A DNA stretch of 63,497 nucleotides, the filler included, from Aduncisulcus paluster (taxonomy: Eukaryota), in the NCBI GenBank assembly GCA_024181965.1. It is 14 parts of 14 records of this genome, joined end to end, with 100 filler letters (N's around TTAATTAATTAA, not from the genome) between each part and the next. Parts side by side here need not be neighbours in the genome. Positions count along the whole stretch, not along the records: positions 1 to 31,051 come from BQXS01007716.1; 13 more parts are not named here. One strand, written 5' to 3'. This document shows positions 11,144-24,500 of this stretch, piece after piece (position 1 is the stretch's first letter; each line of letters starts with the position of its first letter). The notes beneath the pieces were generated by a model. That model searched no databases. It was not told the DNA's origin and worked only from the letters and a program-made list of their open reading frames with translations. The translations under genes and the position numbers were made by a program.

Positions 11144-14100
11144 ATGGAACGAACAAGTCTTATTTCTTCCTTGCTTAAAGTGCGAGGTTTAGTTTATAAT
11201 CAAATATACTCCTTTAATAACTTCATTAAAAATGATATTCGCAAAATCCTTGTAAGTAACCAAGTTATCAGGTGTAAGGCTGATCCAAATTGGTATTTAA
11301 AGTTTTTAGATATTAGAGTTCTCATGCCAACAACTCAAGAAGGTATGGTTGTACGGTATATTACTCCACACGAGTGTCGACTTCGTGATCTTACCTATTC
11401 AGCTCCAATTCATGTTGATATTGAGTATGTTAGAGGAAAACAAGTTGTTATTCAAAAAAATGTTGAGATTGGACGGATTCCAATCATGTTAAAGTCGGCT
11501 TGTTGTTATTTATCCAAAATGCATGATCCCAAAGACATTTCAGCCATTAATGAATGTCCTCTCGATCCTGGAGGTTATTTTATTGTTAAAGGAACCGAAA
11601 GAGTAATCTTAATGCAAGAACAATTGGCCAAGAATCGTGTTTTGTTAGAAAATGATTTTAAAGGACGACTTGCTGCAACAGTGTCATCAGTTTTGTATGA
11701 ACAAAAAACAAAAACCTCAGTGGTTTATCATAAAACTCAATTTTTCCTTGTTAGCAATGCTTTTAAGCAAGATATTCCCATTGTTGTGATTTTTAAAGCC
11801 ATGGGGTTTGAGAGCGAGCAAGAAATTATTCAATTGATTGGATCAGAGGCTTCTTATATTAACATTTTCGCCCCTTCTCTTGAGTTTTGTGTGAAAAATA
11901 ACATATTTACTCAAAAACAAGCCTTGAATTATTTGAACAACCTTTTGACAAGCAAATCATTCGCATCCTGGGTTATCAACCGTTATACTGATACTCCCTC
12001 ATATAAATCGAAAACCAAGAAGTCTGTCACCCCCCCTATGACTGCCCAAACTCTCACCGGTGAGCAAGTCGCTGAATTAGCCATATCAGAGCTAGTTCTC
12101 TCCCATATCCGTGCTCCAACCATTATTCCAAATGCTCCGCCCACGTCCACTCGTGACTTTAAGCCAAAGGCCTTGTATCTCGGGTTTATGTTGCGTCGTG
12201 TCATTGGCAGCATGCTCCATGGCCATAGACTGGATGATCGTGATTATTACGGGAACAAACGGATTGAGTTGGCTGGAGATCTCATGGGAATTTTGTTTGA
12301 GGATCTGTTCAAGACCATGTGTCTGCAAGTGAGAAGATCTGCTCAGGCCAACTTGAGTAGAGCAAGACGAGCGGCTGAGTTCGATGCCAGAACATGCATG
12401 AGAACAAATGTTCTCACGAATGGGTTCACGCATGCCATAAGCACAGGTAATTGGGTTCTTGGACGTTTTAAGATGGAGAGGACTGGAATTACTCAAGTGT
12501 TGAGTCGTCTATCGTACATTTCTGCCCTCGGAATGCTGACTCGTGTTAACAGTAATGTTGAGAAGACAAGGAAAGTTGCTGGTCCCCGTTCTCTCCAGCC
12601 TTCTCAGTGGGGAATCATATGTCCGAGTGATACCCCTGAAGGAGAGTCCTGTGGGCTTGTGAAGAACCTTTCCATTACAGCCAGCGTTACTCAGGATAGC
12701 AATGAATCCAGGCTTGAGAGGATCTGTGTTAGTCTAGGGGTTGAGGAGATTGGCACTGTTACAGGAGATGTTGTCCATTCACAATGGATGGTCTTTCTGA
12801 ATGGTAAATTAATTGGAATCCACGCCTTGCCACACGTGTTTATCCAACAACTTCGTATCCTCAGAAGATGTGGGGCTGTAAATCCATATGTGAGCGTGTT
12901 CGCAGATGATGTAGCCAGACAAGTCCATGTTTCCTGCGATGGTGGAAGATTATGCCGTCCATTGATTGTGGTTGATCAGCGTACACGGAGACCGTTAGTT
13001 ACCGATGAGATCCTCAGGCAAGTTGTCGCCGGGTACAAATCCTTCTCTGATCTAGTATGTGAAGGTGTCATGGAATACCTTGACGTCAATGAACAGTCCA
13101 ATTGCTACATTGCTCTGTACGATAAGGATATCACTGAGCACACGACACATGTCGAGATAGATCCAATGGTTATATACGGATATGTGGGTGGTCTGATTCC
13201 TTACCCACACCACAATCAGAGTCCCAGGAACACATATCAGTGTGCAATGGGGAAGCAGGCTATGGGAGCCATTGCATACAACCAATTCCTCCGGATTGAC
13301 ACTCTCCTCTACCTTTTGATATACCCCCAGCGTCCCATGGTTAAAACAAAGATCCTGGACATGGTCGAGTATCTTAACGTTCCTGCAGGTCAGAATGGAA
13401 TGGTCGCTGTCATGTCGTACAGTGGATACGATATCGAGGATGCCATCATCATGAACAAGTACTCTCTCGATCGTGGATATGGAAGATGTGAAAGTCTGAG
13501 CAAGATAAATATAGAATTGAGAAACTATGGTGACAATAAGAAAGATATCCTTACTTTCACTCAACCAGACAACCCTAAAAAATACAACCCTGTAATCGAT
13601 TGTGATGGTCTCCCCCATGTTGGTATCACTGTGAATCCTGGTGACGAATATGTCCATAAAATGGTCCCAATTATGAATGAAAGTGGTGCCGGTTCTGGTC
13701 AATATGCTCCACAGACATTGAAATTCAAGGAACGTGTGCCTTCGATTATTGATAAAGTTATGACAACAACTAACGGTTATGGCGATAAAATAGTTAAGAT
13801 TCTTATCAGGAAGCCAAGAAGACCTGAGTTCGGAGATAAGTTCTCATCAAGACACGGCCAGAAAGGTGTCGTTGGAATGATTGTGCCTCAAGAAGACATG
13901 CCATTCACCCAACAGGGAATATGTCCCGACATGATCATGAACCCTCACGGATATCCTTCTCGTATGACGGTCGGGAAGCTCATTGAGCTTATTTCTGGGA
14001 AGGCTGGTCTGTTGGAGGGAAGGCATGGAGATGGAACCATTTTTGGAGGAGACAAGATTGAGGATATCGCCAGAGTACTCACTGGACATGGAGATGACTA

Positions 14101-14983
14101 TGGAGGGAAAGAAATACTTATATCCGGATTGACCGGGAAAGAAATGAAGGCTTATATCTTCTTCGGACCCTTGTATTATCAGAAACTAAAGNNNNNNNNN
14201 NNNNNNNNNNNTGGCGATAAAATAGTTAAGATTCTTATCAGGAAGCCAAGAAGACCTGAGTTCGGAGATAAGTTCTCATCAAGACACGGCCAGAAAGGGG
14301 TCGTTGGAATGATTGTGCCTCAAGAAGACATGCCATTCACCCAACAGGGAATATGTCCCGACATGATCATGAACCCTCACGGATATCCTTCTCGTATGAC
14401 GGTCGGGAAGCTCATTGAGCTTATTTCTGGGAAGGCTGGTCTGTTGGAGGGAAGGCATGGAGATGGAACCATTTTTGGAGGAGACAAGATTGAGGATATC
14501 GCCAGAGTACTCACTGGACATGGATATGACTATGGAGGGAAAGAAATACTTATATCCGGATTGACCGGGAAAGAAATGAAGGCTTATATCTTCTTCGGAC
14601 CCTTGTATTATCAGAAACTAAAGCATATGGTTCAAGATAAAATGCATGCCCGTGCTAGAGGTCCTTCCACGATGCTCACACGTCAGCCAACTGAAGGAAG
14701 GAGCAAGTACGGAGGACTCAGACTTGGAGAGATGGAGAGAGATTGTCTCGTTGCGTATGGAGCTTCTTCATTGATCATGGAAAGACTCATGCTCAGTTCC
14801 GATGTTTTCAACGCTTATATCTGTTCCAAATGTGGGTTATTGGGCAGGAAAGGATGGTGTAATTACTGCAGTAGTGGAAGGAATATCTGTGAAGTCAGGA
14901 TGCCATACGCTGCAAAACTTCTCTTCCAAGAATTGCAAAGCATTAATGTTGTTCCTAAAATCAAATTGAAGGACTTGGTGTAA
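11144..14983 (+). CDS. RPC2: RNA polymerase III second-largest subunit (contains a 432-nt-offset assembly duplication)
   Basis: Pol III-type motifs [63 protein letters not shown]. 14212-14623 repeats 13780-14191 across a 20-N gap. Confidence 0.96.
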   Translation: MERTSLISSLLKVRGLVYNQIYSFNNFIKNDIRKILVSNQVIRCKADPNWYLKFLDIRVLMPTTQEGMVVRYITPHECRLRDLTYSAPIHVDIEYVRGKQVVIQKNVEIGRIPIMLKSACCYLSKMHDPKDISAINECPLDPGGYFIVKGTERVILMQEQLAKNRVLLENDFKGRLAATVSSVLYEQKTKTSVVYHKTQFFLVSNAFKQDIPIVVIFKAMGFESEQEIIQLIGSEASYINIFAPSLEFCVKNNIFTQKQALNYLNNLLTSKSFASWVINRYTDTPSYKSKTKKSVTPPMTAQTLTGEQVAELAISELVLSHIRAPTIIPNAPPTSTRDFKPKALYLGFMLRRVIGSMLHGHRLDDRDYYGNKRIELAGDLMGILFEDLFKTMCLQVRRSAQANLSRARRAAEFDARTCMRTNVLTNGFTHAISTGNWVLGRFKMERTGITQVLSRLSYISALGMLTRVNSNVEKTRKVAGPRSLQPSQWGIICPSDTPEGESCGLVKNLSITASVTQDSNESRLERICVSLGVEEIGTVTGDVVHSQWMVFLNGKLIGIHALPHVFIQQLRILRRCGAVNPYVSVFADDVARQVHVSCDGGRLCRPLIVVDQRTRRPLVTDEILRQVVAGYKSFSDLVCEGVMEYLDVNEQSNCYIALYDKDITEHTTHVEIDPMVIYGYVGGLIPYPHHNQSPRNTYQCAMGKQAMGAIAYNQFLRIDTLLYLLIYPQRPMVKTKILDMVEYLNVPAGQNGMVAVMSYSGYDIEDAIIMNKYSLDRGYGRCESLSKINIELRNYGDNKKDILTFTQPDNPKKYNPVIDCDGLPHVGITVNPGDEYVHKMVPIMNESGAGSGQYAPQTLKFKERVPSIIDKVMTTTNGYGDKIVKILIRKPRRPEFGDKFSSRHGQKGVVGMIVPQEDMPFTQQGICPDMIMNPHGYPSRMTVGKLIELISGKAGLLEGRHGDGTIFGGDKIEDIARVLTGHGDDYGGKEILISGLTGKEMKAYIFFGPLYYQKLKXXXXXXXGDKIVKILIRKPRRPEFGDKFSSRHGQKGVVGMIVPQEDMPFTQQGICPDMIMNPHGYPSRMTVGKLIELISGKAGLLEGRHGDGTIFGGDKIEDIARVLTGHGYDYGGKEILISGLTGKEMKAYIFFGPLYYQKLKHMVQDKMHARARGPSTMLTRQPTEGRSKYGGLRLGEMERDCLVAYGASSLIMERLMLSSDVFNAYICSKCGLLGRKGWCNYCSSGRNICEVRMPYAAKLLFQELQSINVVPKIKLKDLV

Positions 14984-15538
14984 AGAGGTTTGGATTCTCA
15001 TTTATGATTTTTGAATATAAATCTCGTGTAAGTTGAGAAACCTTGAACACATTCCACTCTCAGCTAACATACTTAGACTGGTGTATGCCGGCATAATCTA
15101 CCATCCAGGTGTCCGGTCTCCCTCAAATTACACGATCAATGTACTCTCACAATATGAAATAGAGGCCAAATTTAGTAAATTAAATAAACTATCACATGAA
15201 AAGTTCAGATGAATCGTGTATTGAACACAATAGTGGTGGCTAGCAAATTTATTCAGGAGGCAGTGACCGGTACAGCCGGGAGAATGCCGGTTACCATCAC
15301 ATCACGTGAATAAACATGAGAAAAGCTTAATCCTTCATCTTGAAAGTGGGCCAATTCATATTGCAACAGAGCACTTCAGAAAAAGTGATAGAGGGACAAC
15401 AAAGAAGGTAATATGACAGTTTACTTATTGGAGGACACAATTCTCGGCAGAAGAGAACTTAGAATAGAACCTCTGCTTCAAATTCCTCCAACAACACGAA
15501 TAATGTAAATAATATATTGATCAAATGATTTGATCAAA

Positions 15539-18500
15539 TCAATCATCCAGAGCACAAACAAGAGCAGTACCCCGTTTGATCCACACACTTTGATCTTTAT
15601 CTGAAGGAAGTTCAATTGGCAGCACAAAGTTACTTGAGTGACCAGTGGTGGTCAGGACACCAGCTCTTTCAAGCGTTTTGTAGACAGGACAAACATAAAT
15701 GTGGTGCCCATCGTCAGTCTTCCTTTGGGTGATACCGAGACTCTCTCCTTCAGGATCATCTTCAGGTTTCACACAGGGAATGAGTTGAACACGAGGCATG
15801 ACACTGTACAACTCCTTGGGAAGAGCGTCTATGAGAATGTGTTTCGAGTAATCCCACCTGGCTCCATCAAGGAAAAGACCACGGATGTAACATCCATCTC
15901 CGGCAGGAATCCTGGGGAGTTTGTCATCACCATCAATCACATTTCCACGGCCAATGAATGCATCATCGATTGGAGAGGAGAGATCACAGATCTTGGTTGT
16001 CGAAACAACGGAATCATCCTCATTTTCACCAGGGATTCCACCATCTTGAACCTTGAAACTAAACTTAATTGTATCAATTGGCAAATGGTACTTACGAGCG
16101 TAATTCTGAAGAGTACCAGTCAAGAAAGCCTGAGGGAAGAAGAATCCAGATATCCACAACACATGGGGAACACCATCACGAACCCATCCGGCAATGAAAC
16201 GAAGTCTTGAAATGAGATCTTTAACCCATGAAGAGAGAGGTTTGAGAGATGGGTAGGCTTTCGCTGACCACAAAGCAGGAACTTGGTTGTTGAACAAGCA
16301 ATTATACACACTCTCAAGTGTTCCAGACATGACAACAATACCCTTGATAGCCTTCTGGAGTTGGTCAAGTGAAGTACGAACGACTGAAGTGAGAGAATTG
16401 TATCTCATACACTCCTGGACAATAACAGTATTCATACTTTCCTCATAAATGGTTGGATATTTAGCCTTGATCTGAGTCATGTTGAAGGGAGGAGGAAGTG
16501 TCTCGATGATCCCCTTGGCAAGCTCAAGCACACGAGAATCAGGAGAACTCTTCTTGGCCTTCTCAGCTTGTTCTTCGTCACCTTCCTCATCCTCGTCTTC
16601 CTCAGCGGCAGTGGAGCCTCTTGGAGTGATTATTAACATACTTTCGAGCAAAGAGAAAGCTTCGGATCTAGCACATGAAATCTCAGCGTTCGGATGCAAT
16701 CCAAAAGCTTCAGGGAGAGGATCCAAGGGAAGTTTCCTGATAATCTCAAGGTACTCTTGCTGACTCCCGAGAACGCCAGGAGACACATAGATGCTACTCT
16801 CACTGCTAAATCTGTATCCATCCTTCATAACGTCGTCTGTGATGTAATCCTGGATAATTGTCATCAAACAACGTCTATCCCAATCATCAGTAACATTTCC
16901 TCCATAGTTGATCTCACCAAACAGATAACGCATAACAAGATAAGGAACTTCATCATATTTGGAGAGAAGAAGCTGAAGCTGCTTGATACAAACCTTGAGA
17001 TCTCCATTGGTGAATTCATAAAACTTATTCCAACCCAATGGCATGTATTTTCTTCTCTCTTGCACAATAGCGTGGAAAAGTGACAGAGAATATAAAATCT
17101 TCTTGAACTCTTTTGGTTTCGTCTCACAAGCAGTTTCAAGGAACTCATCGTCAAAACCAATGAAACTACGAAGCATGTTGGCACGAAGACCCTTGGGAGG
17201 CTCAGTAGTCATCTTCACAGAGTTCTGTAACACGGGCACAGGGAACTCTTTGGCAGGCATGGATGTAAGCCACAAACGGAAATCACGGTGCACTGCGGAT
17301 GGATTCTCGTTCATGCTTTCGACAAGACGTTCAAGTTCAACCATCCAACTTGTGGCGAGATGTACATTCATCAGGAGGACCCACTGTCCACGAGAAGCAC
17401 CCTCCTCAACCATGGCCTTGGCAGCTGGTCCTTGTCCTTGCCCGAGAGAAATAGACCTCAACTTTGAGCTCATACGCATATCCTTGGCAAGAGCATCCAG
17501 ATCAGACCTTGGATCAGCACCAGTAGACAGAATAAAGAGAAGAGGAGTGGTGGGAGAAGAATCTTGGTACCTCTTGGAGAGTTGGAACGGAGGTGGATCA
17601 ACGTATTTCTCTCCCATCTTGTCTCCAACATACATAATGATACCGTTGACCAACTTATCAGGTCTCAGACAACGAATGACAAGGAGACGTTGGAAGGAAC
17701 TGAGCGAATCGCTAAAGGCAGCCGGGAAAGCTTTCTCGTGAGGAGAGGGATCATCATAAATTTCCTTCCACTCAGCTCTCGTATCCTCGGCAATGAAAGA
17801 GGCTGAGAGACCAGCGAAAGGTCCACCAATATCCTCTTCAAGAGCACACAATTGGTGCCATGAAGCATCCGTCAACCAGGCCTTGCATGGATTACCTATA
17901 CCGCTTGTGCTTGAGGAAGAACCAGCGAGCAAGTTACGCACTTCATCTTCAACGAGCTCTCCCCTTTCGGAACCCAATACACGCAAACAGAGCAAGAAGG
18001 AGAAGAGAAGCTTGTGCTTTTCGAAGAGACCGGCACAAATAGTCGCATAGAGTTGAGAGGTCAAATGTTCAATCAAGTTCTTGAGCCTTTCATCAATGTC
18101 ATCACTCTCAGGAGCAGTGTCAATGGCCTGAAGGAACAAATTAACAAACCATTGAAGTGAGTACTGATACATTGGATCAATGAGAGAGAGTGAATCGACA
18201 GCAAAGAAACCAACAGCTGCACGAAGGGCAACTGGACGGTAGGCATTACGAGCAACATCAATTTCCTTCTCAGTTTCTTCGGCTTCTCTCACCTTTTGTT
18301 GGATTTTCTTGGATGTTTCCTTTGATTGTTGAAGAGTTGTGATCAACGATTCATCATTCAGAACATCTGTGGACTCATTCAAAAGACGCAAAATCTCATC
18401 TTCAATGCTCTTCAACTCAGCTTTCATCTTGGCATTACTTGCAACGAGTTGATCTTTCTGTTCTTCAAGATCGATTCTTTCTTTTCCAACAACCTTGGCA

Positions 18501-21500
18501 AGCAACTGGTCTTCCAAACCTCTCTGTGTGATGGCAAAGTTCAACAGAGTCACCTTAACACACAATTCAGGAGCATATACAGGGTTGGGAAGTTTTGTAG
18601 TAATGTACAGCCTGAAGTTGGTGTTATAAGGAATCGTTTGATCACCCAATTTAATACTCAAACCTCCGCTTCCTTTCTGTTTAAAGACTTGTTGCTGCAA
18701 AATGGGTTCTAAAGCTGGATCTAACTCCTCTCCAACGTTTTCAAGCAAAACAGGCCTTCCGAACCTGATATCATTCTCCAGTGTTCTCAAGAAATCTTTA
18801 TCAGAGAGCTTAATGATATCCAATCCATTCTCTTTCTCCATTCCTCTCACCCACTTGTTGGCTTGACTCTGAGGATCAATCATCAGAGGCCATCTCCTTG
18901 CATTCTTGACATAGAGAGCATTCTCAGTACTGTGGTTATCGGCAGGCAATCCAACGCCTCTCCAGTGACGCACTTCAACTTCATCAGCAAGAACATCGAG
19001 GAAAGTGACATTCTTAGAGTGTCTAATGCCACATTTATCAAGATGACTCACCCATTGTTTCCATAATGAACGTCTGAACTCCGCAGTGAAGGCTCCAAGG
19101 TAAGCAATCGAACCGGAAGAAAGCACAACATCTCCAACAACATTCTTCATCTTCTCAGAGTAGATAACAACTTGTTCACCCCATCTTGTTCTCTCTCCAC
19201 TCAGACCTCCGACAAGTCGATTGGCTCTGTCGAGCTTGACCTTCGTTTCTTCAACGAGTCGCTGGAGCTCGAGTTTCTCATCATTCTTGGTTTTGTACAA
19301 GGTCTCAAGTTCTTGGATTGTGTCCTCCACCTCTTTCAAAGTGGCCTTTGTCTTGGCAAGATTGGCTTCGACAACCTTAAGCTCAGCTGTAGCTTTTGCC
19401 AATTTCTTTCGAAGAGGCTCAATTTCTTTGCTCACTTGGTGGTATTTAACCATAGCTCGAACCCACTTGCAGAAATCAACAACGGCAGAGGAAGAAGAAG
19501 CGACGGCACTTGGTTTAAAGTTAGGATTGTCGATATATTTCATGATCTTCTTAATCGTAGCGTCAGGAATCGAATCTTTATCATATTTCTTACATTCGGC
19601 AATCAAACGACGGGGGTCACGAAGAAGAATCTGAGCCTGAGGCCAATAATCATCGATTGTCCTTCCTTTTCGCTGTGGATCTTCCTTCTTCTTGGGTCTC
19701 TTACCGAACATAATACACACGGCTTCCATGACGAGCACAGCACCGGCAGGAGGGGTAGTATAACCCAAAATCTCAGTAAGATCCTGAATACGCATCTTAT
19801 CCATTCCCGCAAGGGCTTCATCAAGGGCGGGGAGAGCTTTTCCAAGATCAGCCTCGGCTTGCGACTTCATGGTCTGACATTCATCCTTCTTTGCATTAAC
19901 TTCGGCCTCTTCTTTCTTCACAATGACACGTTTCTCATTGGCAACAACACGACGTTGTTTAATGTCAACCATCATAGTCTCCACCTCAGCACTCTTAGTG
20001 ATAAGAACGGGCTCTTGTTTCTTCAATTTGGCCTGCATTTCAGCAACAGCCTCAGCAGTAGTCTCAAGTTTGTCAAGACCATTTCTGAAACGATCACGCA
20101 TATCTTTTGTTTCTTGGTATTTCTTCATCAACAAAGTCTCGAATGTACGCAAAAGCTCAAGATAACTCGTTGGAGTAACATGATTGGTCCTCTTCATTGT
20201 TTCTTTGAATTTGACTGAAGCTTCTTCCACACTCTGATGGATTTTAACACACATACGAACGAGTCCTCTTCTGTACACAGCGAGTTCACTATCTTCAGCA
20301 ATCTCACGAGGGTTCTCATCATCATCTTCATGGACAACTTCACCTCCTTCAACACCTGGGAGGACAAGACCATTGACAACTCCACGAGCAACACTCTCAA
20401 GGGCTTCCTCAGGCCATCCAGTGAACCAATCGATCGTACAACAGTTCACAAATGATGGGAACATCCTCAAACGTGTTCTGAAGGCCTCACCGACGGGGGA
20501 CATACACAAGACAACATGGAGTGAACGACGCACACGAGAGAGATACTCCTGGAACAAAGAAACCTTTGTGAGTGGCTTGCCTTGTCCCTGGCAGATAGGA
20601 CGCATTGTCTGATAGATTGTATCGAGTTCTTGGGGATCATAAATGGTGGGAACATCACCAGTATTTAAGATATTGTTCAAATCTTCGAGCTGTGATTCAT
20701 CAAACAACTGAGTATCATTGAAGAGGAACACAGTCGATTTCTCTTGAAGACCAGCTTGCTGCAATACATTCTTGAGATCATCTCTCCATTCCTTCTTTCC
20801 ATAACTCTTGGAAATCTCAATCTGGAACACACTGAAATCATTCATATATGTTGCAAGACGCGTGAGGGATTGCCTACCACTTCCTCCGACACCAAGCAGT
20901 AAAGCATGTCCACGAGGCTGTCTCAGAACTCTGGCAATACGAGCCAAATGGTCAAGGGCATGATCGAAGAGCACAAGGCTGAGAGGAGTCGTTGCATCTT
21001 GGTTATAGTCATCCTGATACTCATTAACAACATCACGAAGCCTGGTAAAGTCTTCAATCTCCTCGTACATACGGATATCAGCAGAAGGATCCATGAAATC
21101 TCCATAAATCAAACGTTCTCCATTCTCCTCGATGTACACATCCTTAACATTCACCTTGAAATCGTCAGAGCATTTCCGACAGACAAGATTACGGAACCAA
21201 GAACGATCCTCATCAGAAATAAGACGATCGCTGAACACACGCTCACACTCATGACTCCATAATTTCACGACAGAGAGTCGATCCTCAAGTTTCTTGGGGT
21301 TAGCCATGAGCATTCCAACGAAAACGGCACTAAGATCTCTCAAATTGAAAGTATAATGGGATTTAAGTGGAGTTGGAAGCAATTCTTGACGGATAGTGTT
21401 GAACACATCGACGGTGGCACTGACAACAATGTCACAAGTGTCAGCGACTTCACCAGCATTGGCACGACCACCTAGTCTGTTGTCGATCCAGTGATTCATG

Positions 21501-24500
21501 ATGGATCCAAATACATGGGTGAGACTGTTGTTGTCCATTTCTGGGAATGTAATAATATTGAAATGACGCATGAAACGAGCAGTGACCGGGTTTCTACCTC
21601 CTCCGGGTGGACCCATAGCAGCAACCAACTGAGTGTCAACAATATTCATAAAGTGCAGACTCTTCCTATCATACCATCCTCCATGATCAATGAATTGACG
21701 CAAAAGCTCAATGGGAGGCTGAGCTCCATACTGTTCACGGGCAGGCATGTTAAGATCATCAACAAAGACAATGAATCGTTTCCCACTGGGAGGCCCATAC
21801 ACACCTTTTCTACGCTTATCACACTTGGCATCAATCTGGTCCTGGGTAAGGTTTGCATCAGTTTGGGCAGAAAAGTTAATAAACACTGGCATGAAACGAT
21901 CAGAGAGTCCCTTCATGATTGTCTCTTCGACGACAACACTCTTGGCTGTACCGGTTTCTCCGACACAAAGAGCTTGCTTCTTGTTCTCAATAAGACGGGC
22001 AAGGATATTGGATGATCTAATGGTATCAACAGTGGGGATAATCAAGTCACAGTACTCAACATTACGAGGGATACGCTGCTCTTCAACAGTATCGAGCCAG
22101 TAGACCCACTCTCCATACTTCTGACCTCTTGCGGAGCCTTGTCCATCATCTTCCTCTTCATCCTCATCATCAAAACCATCATCATCACCTTCACCTTCAG
22201 GAAGATCAAGTTCAAAGCAGAAATCGAACAAATTAATGCCTCCACGACGCTTAAGATCAGCCTCCTCTGCCTTTCTTTCCCTATCAGCGAGTTCCTTTGC
22301 CTTCTTCTTGGCGGCAGCAGCATCGCCCTGCTCATCTTTTCTGAGACGGTATTCATAGCGACACTCAGATATGCTCTTGGGAAGCACATATTTCGAGAGC
22401 AATCCCTCAGCCTTGATGCGGCCGAGCAAGTACTCGTTGAAGACATCTCTCGTACTTCCATCAATGGCTGCACCGACAGACCAAATGACACAGAACACGA
22501 ACAATGGCTCAAGGACATCGGGAATAACACGAAGCATTGATTGAGGGATCACGAAGGAGTATTGATCAGGCATGAATGAGGCGATAGAACAATCCATAAG
22601 GTTCAAGAAGGAGTTCAGGAGACTCAATGGAGTCGATGGAACCAAGAATTTAATGATATTCCCACCATCCTCAGTAGCTCCAGTCATGCAGAACTGAATA
22701 CATTTGAACAAAATACTCTCACACAAAGAGGAGACACGTTTGGAAACACTGGAAAGGGGGAATTTCTTCCACTCTCCGCTTTCCCTCAACTCTTCAACGG
22801 ATGGCTCAACGTCCTTCATTTGTCTACCAATCTGCATGGGTAAGGCTTCAACCCAACTCTTGACGACAGATTCAAGGGGCAAAACACTCTGGGGCTCCAT
22901 GTAAACCATACCACAACGGGAAACAGTAGCAGGTGATGCGACGGCAAGGTCTTCAACCTCGAAGATCAGCCTCATTCTCTCAGTGAGTGAGATAATCTGA
23001 CCAGAAGACAGACACAGCTTCTTGTTATCATCCAGACACGTGTTCATATCCTCAATCCAAAGGGCATCAACAGGACCATCCAACACAGTCCAGCAATGCA
23101 ATCCCTTAGTGTCTTGGCTCTGAAGACGAATAATATTGGCGAGAACACCATCTGTCCATTCATATGTCATTGGATCGAACTGACCGTATAACTGTCCCAT
23201 TGTAATAGATTTTGGATTCAACAGATCAATCTTCACCTTTCTGTACCTGGGTTCAGAATCTTTATCCAAAAGACCATGTTTCTGCTTCTCCTTGCGTTCT
23301 TTCTTCTCCTTGATGGCCAACATAGTCATAGCATCGCTCAAAACTTTATACGTGGCTGTCTTTGAGGAAGCAGGACCAACAATCATCAGACCATGACGGA
23401 GCTCAATGGTCTGGAAAAGCTGGATACATTTGTCAATGAAACAAGGGATGGGTTGGAGACCACGATTGATTGCACACTCACGGAGAGCTTTCTCCATATC
23501 TCCAAAGTTAACCTTAGGAGGCTCTTTATCGGGGAAAAGATCGCTGATAATGTTCTCAAACAGAATAATATCATCGGCAAGGAACTTTGGAAGATTGACT
23601 TCTCTCAGGGCACGATACAACATAATCTGTTCATCCATTTTGTCCTCAGTTTCATAAAAACCAGCGTCTTGTTGTCTCTTAAGTACACCAGCACGTTGCA
23701 CAACAGTGTTAACGGCACGCATACCGAAATCGTAATGGCTCTGGGAAGACAACTGTTCAGATGAAAGTCTGAATGTGGCAACCATTTTCTGTGCCAGAGA
23801 ACGACCTTCCTTGAAACCATATGAGAAGAGACGAATCTCACCAATTAAAGCATAATCGGGAATAAGACAAGACACGGATCTGAACAGAGCTTTAAGATTG
23901 TCTGGAAGCTCAGTACGACCAGCGTAACCGGGGTTCATAGTAATGAATGTGGCAAAAGTATTCATGAGAGGGATTTCTTTCCCTTCAAACGTGAGACGAC
24001 TCACTCCAGCCTGAATACCTCTCTGGATAGTCAGAATCTGTTGGGCAACAACGGAAAGCACTTCAACGTTAAGCCTGTTGAACTCATCGAAGCAAGACCA
24101 TGAACCAGACATAGCGAGACCTCGGAAGAACTTACCCATAGCCTTGTAGTTAAGACCATCGGAACAGTTGAACACGATAATATTTACCTGGATAGCCTTG
24201 GCAAGATCCTTCACTGTCTCGGTCTTACCTGTACCGGCAGGACCAGCTGGAGCACCTCCAAGACAGAGATGGAGGGCACCAGTAAGTGTCATGTAGATCC
24301 TGTCAGTCAAAGGGGTGATAACCAGACGAGAGTCGATACCAAGATACTCGTAGCACGCAGGGAGAACACTCTGAACCTGTTTAATATTCATGTCAAAGTC
24401 TTCTTGATCATCAAAGAAAGATGGGTTTGAGGAAGCATCTTTCAGAGAGGCACCAACACCTTCCTCTTCTTCAACATCGGGAGCTTCCCAGTAGTAACGA

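Noticed and set aside
13780-14623. Internal duplication of the RPC2 catalytic region
   Set aside because: Near-identical copies flank a 20-N gap, indicating an unmerged overlap or haplotypes. The same pattern occurs at 2956, 50962 and 60888.
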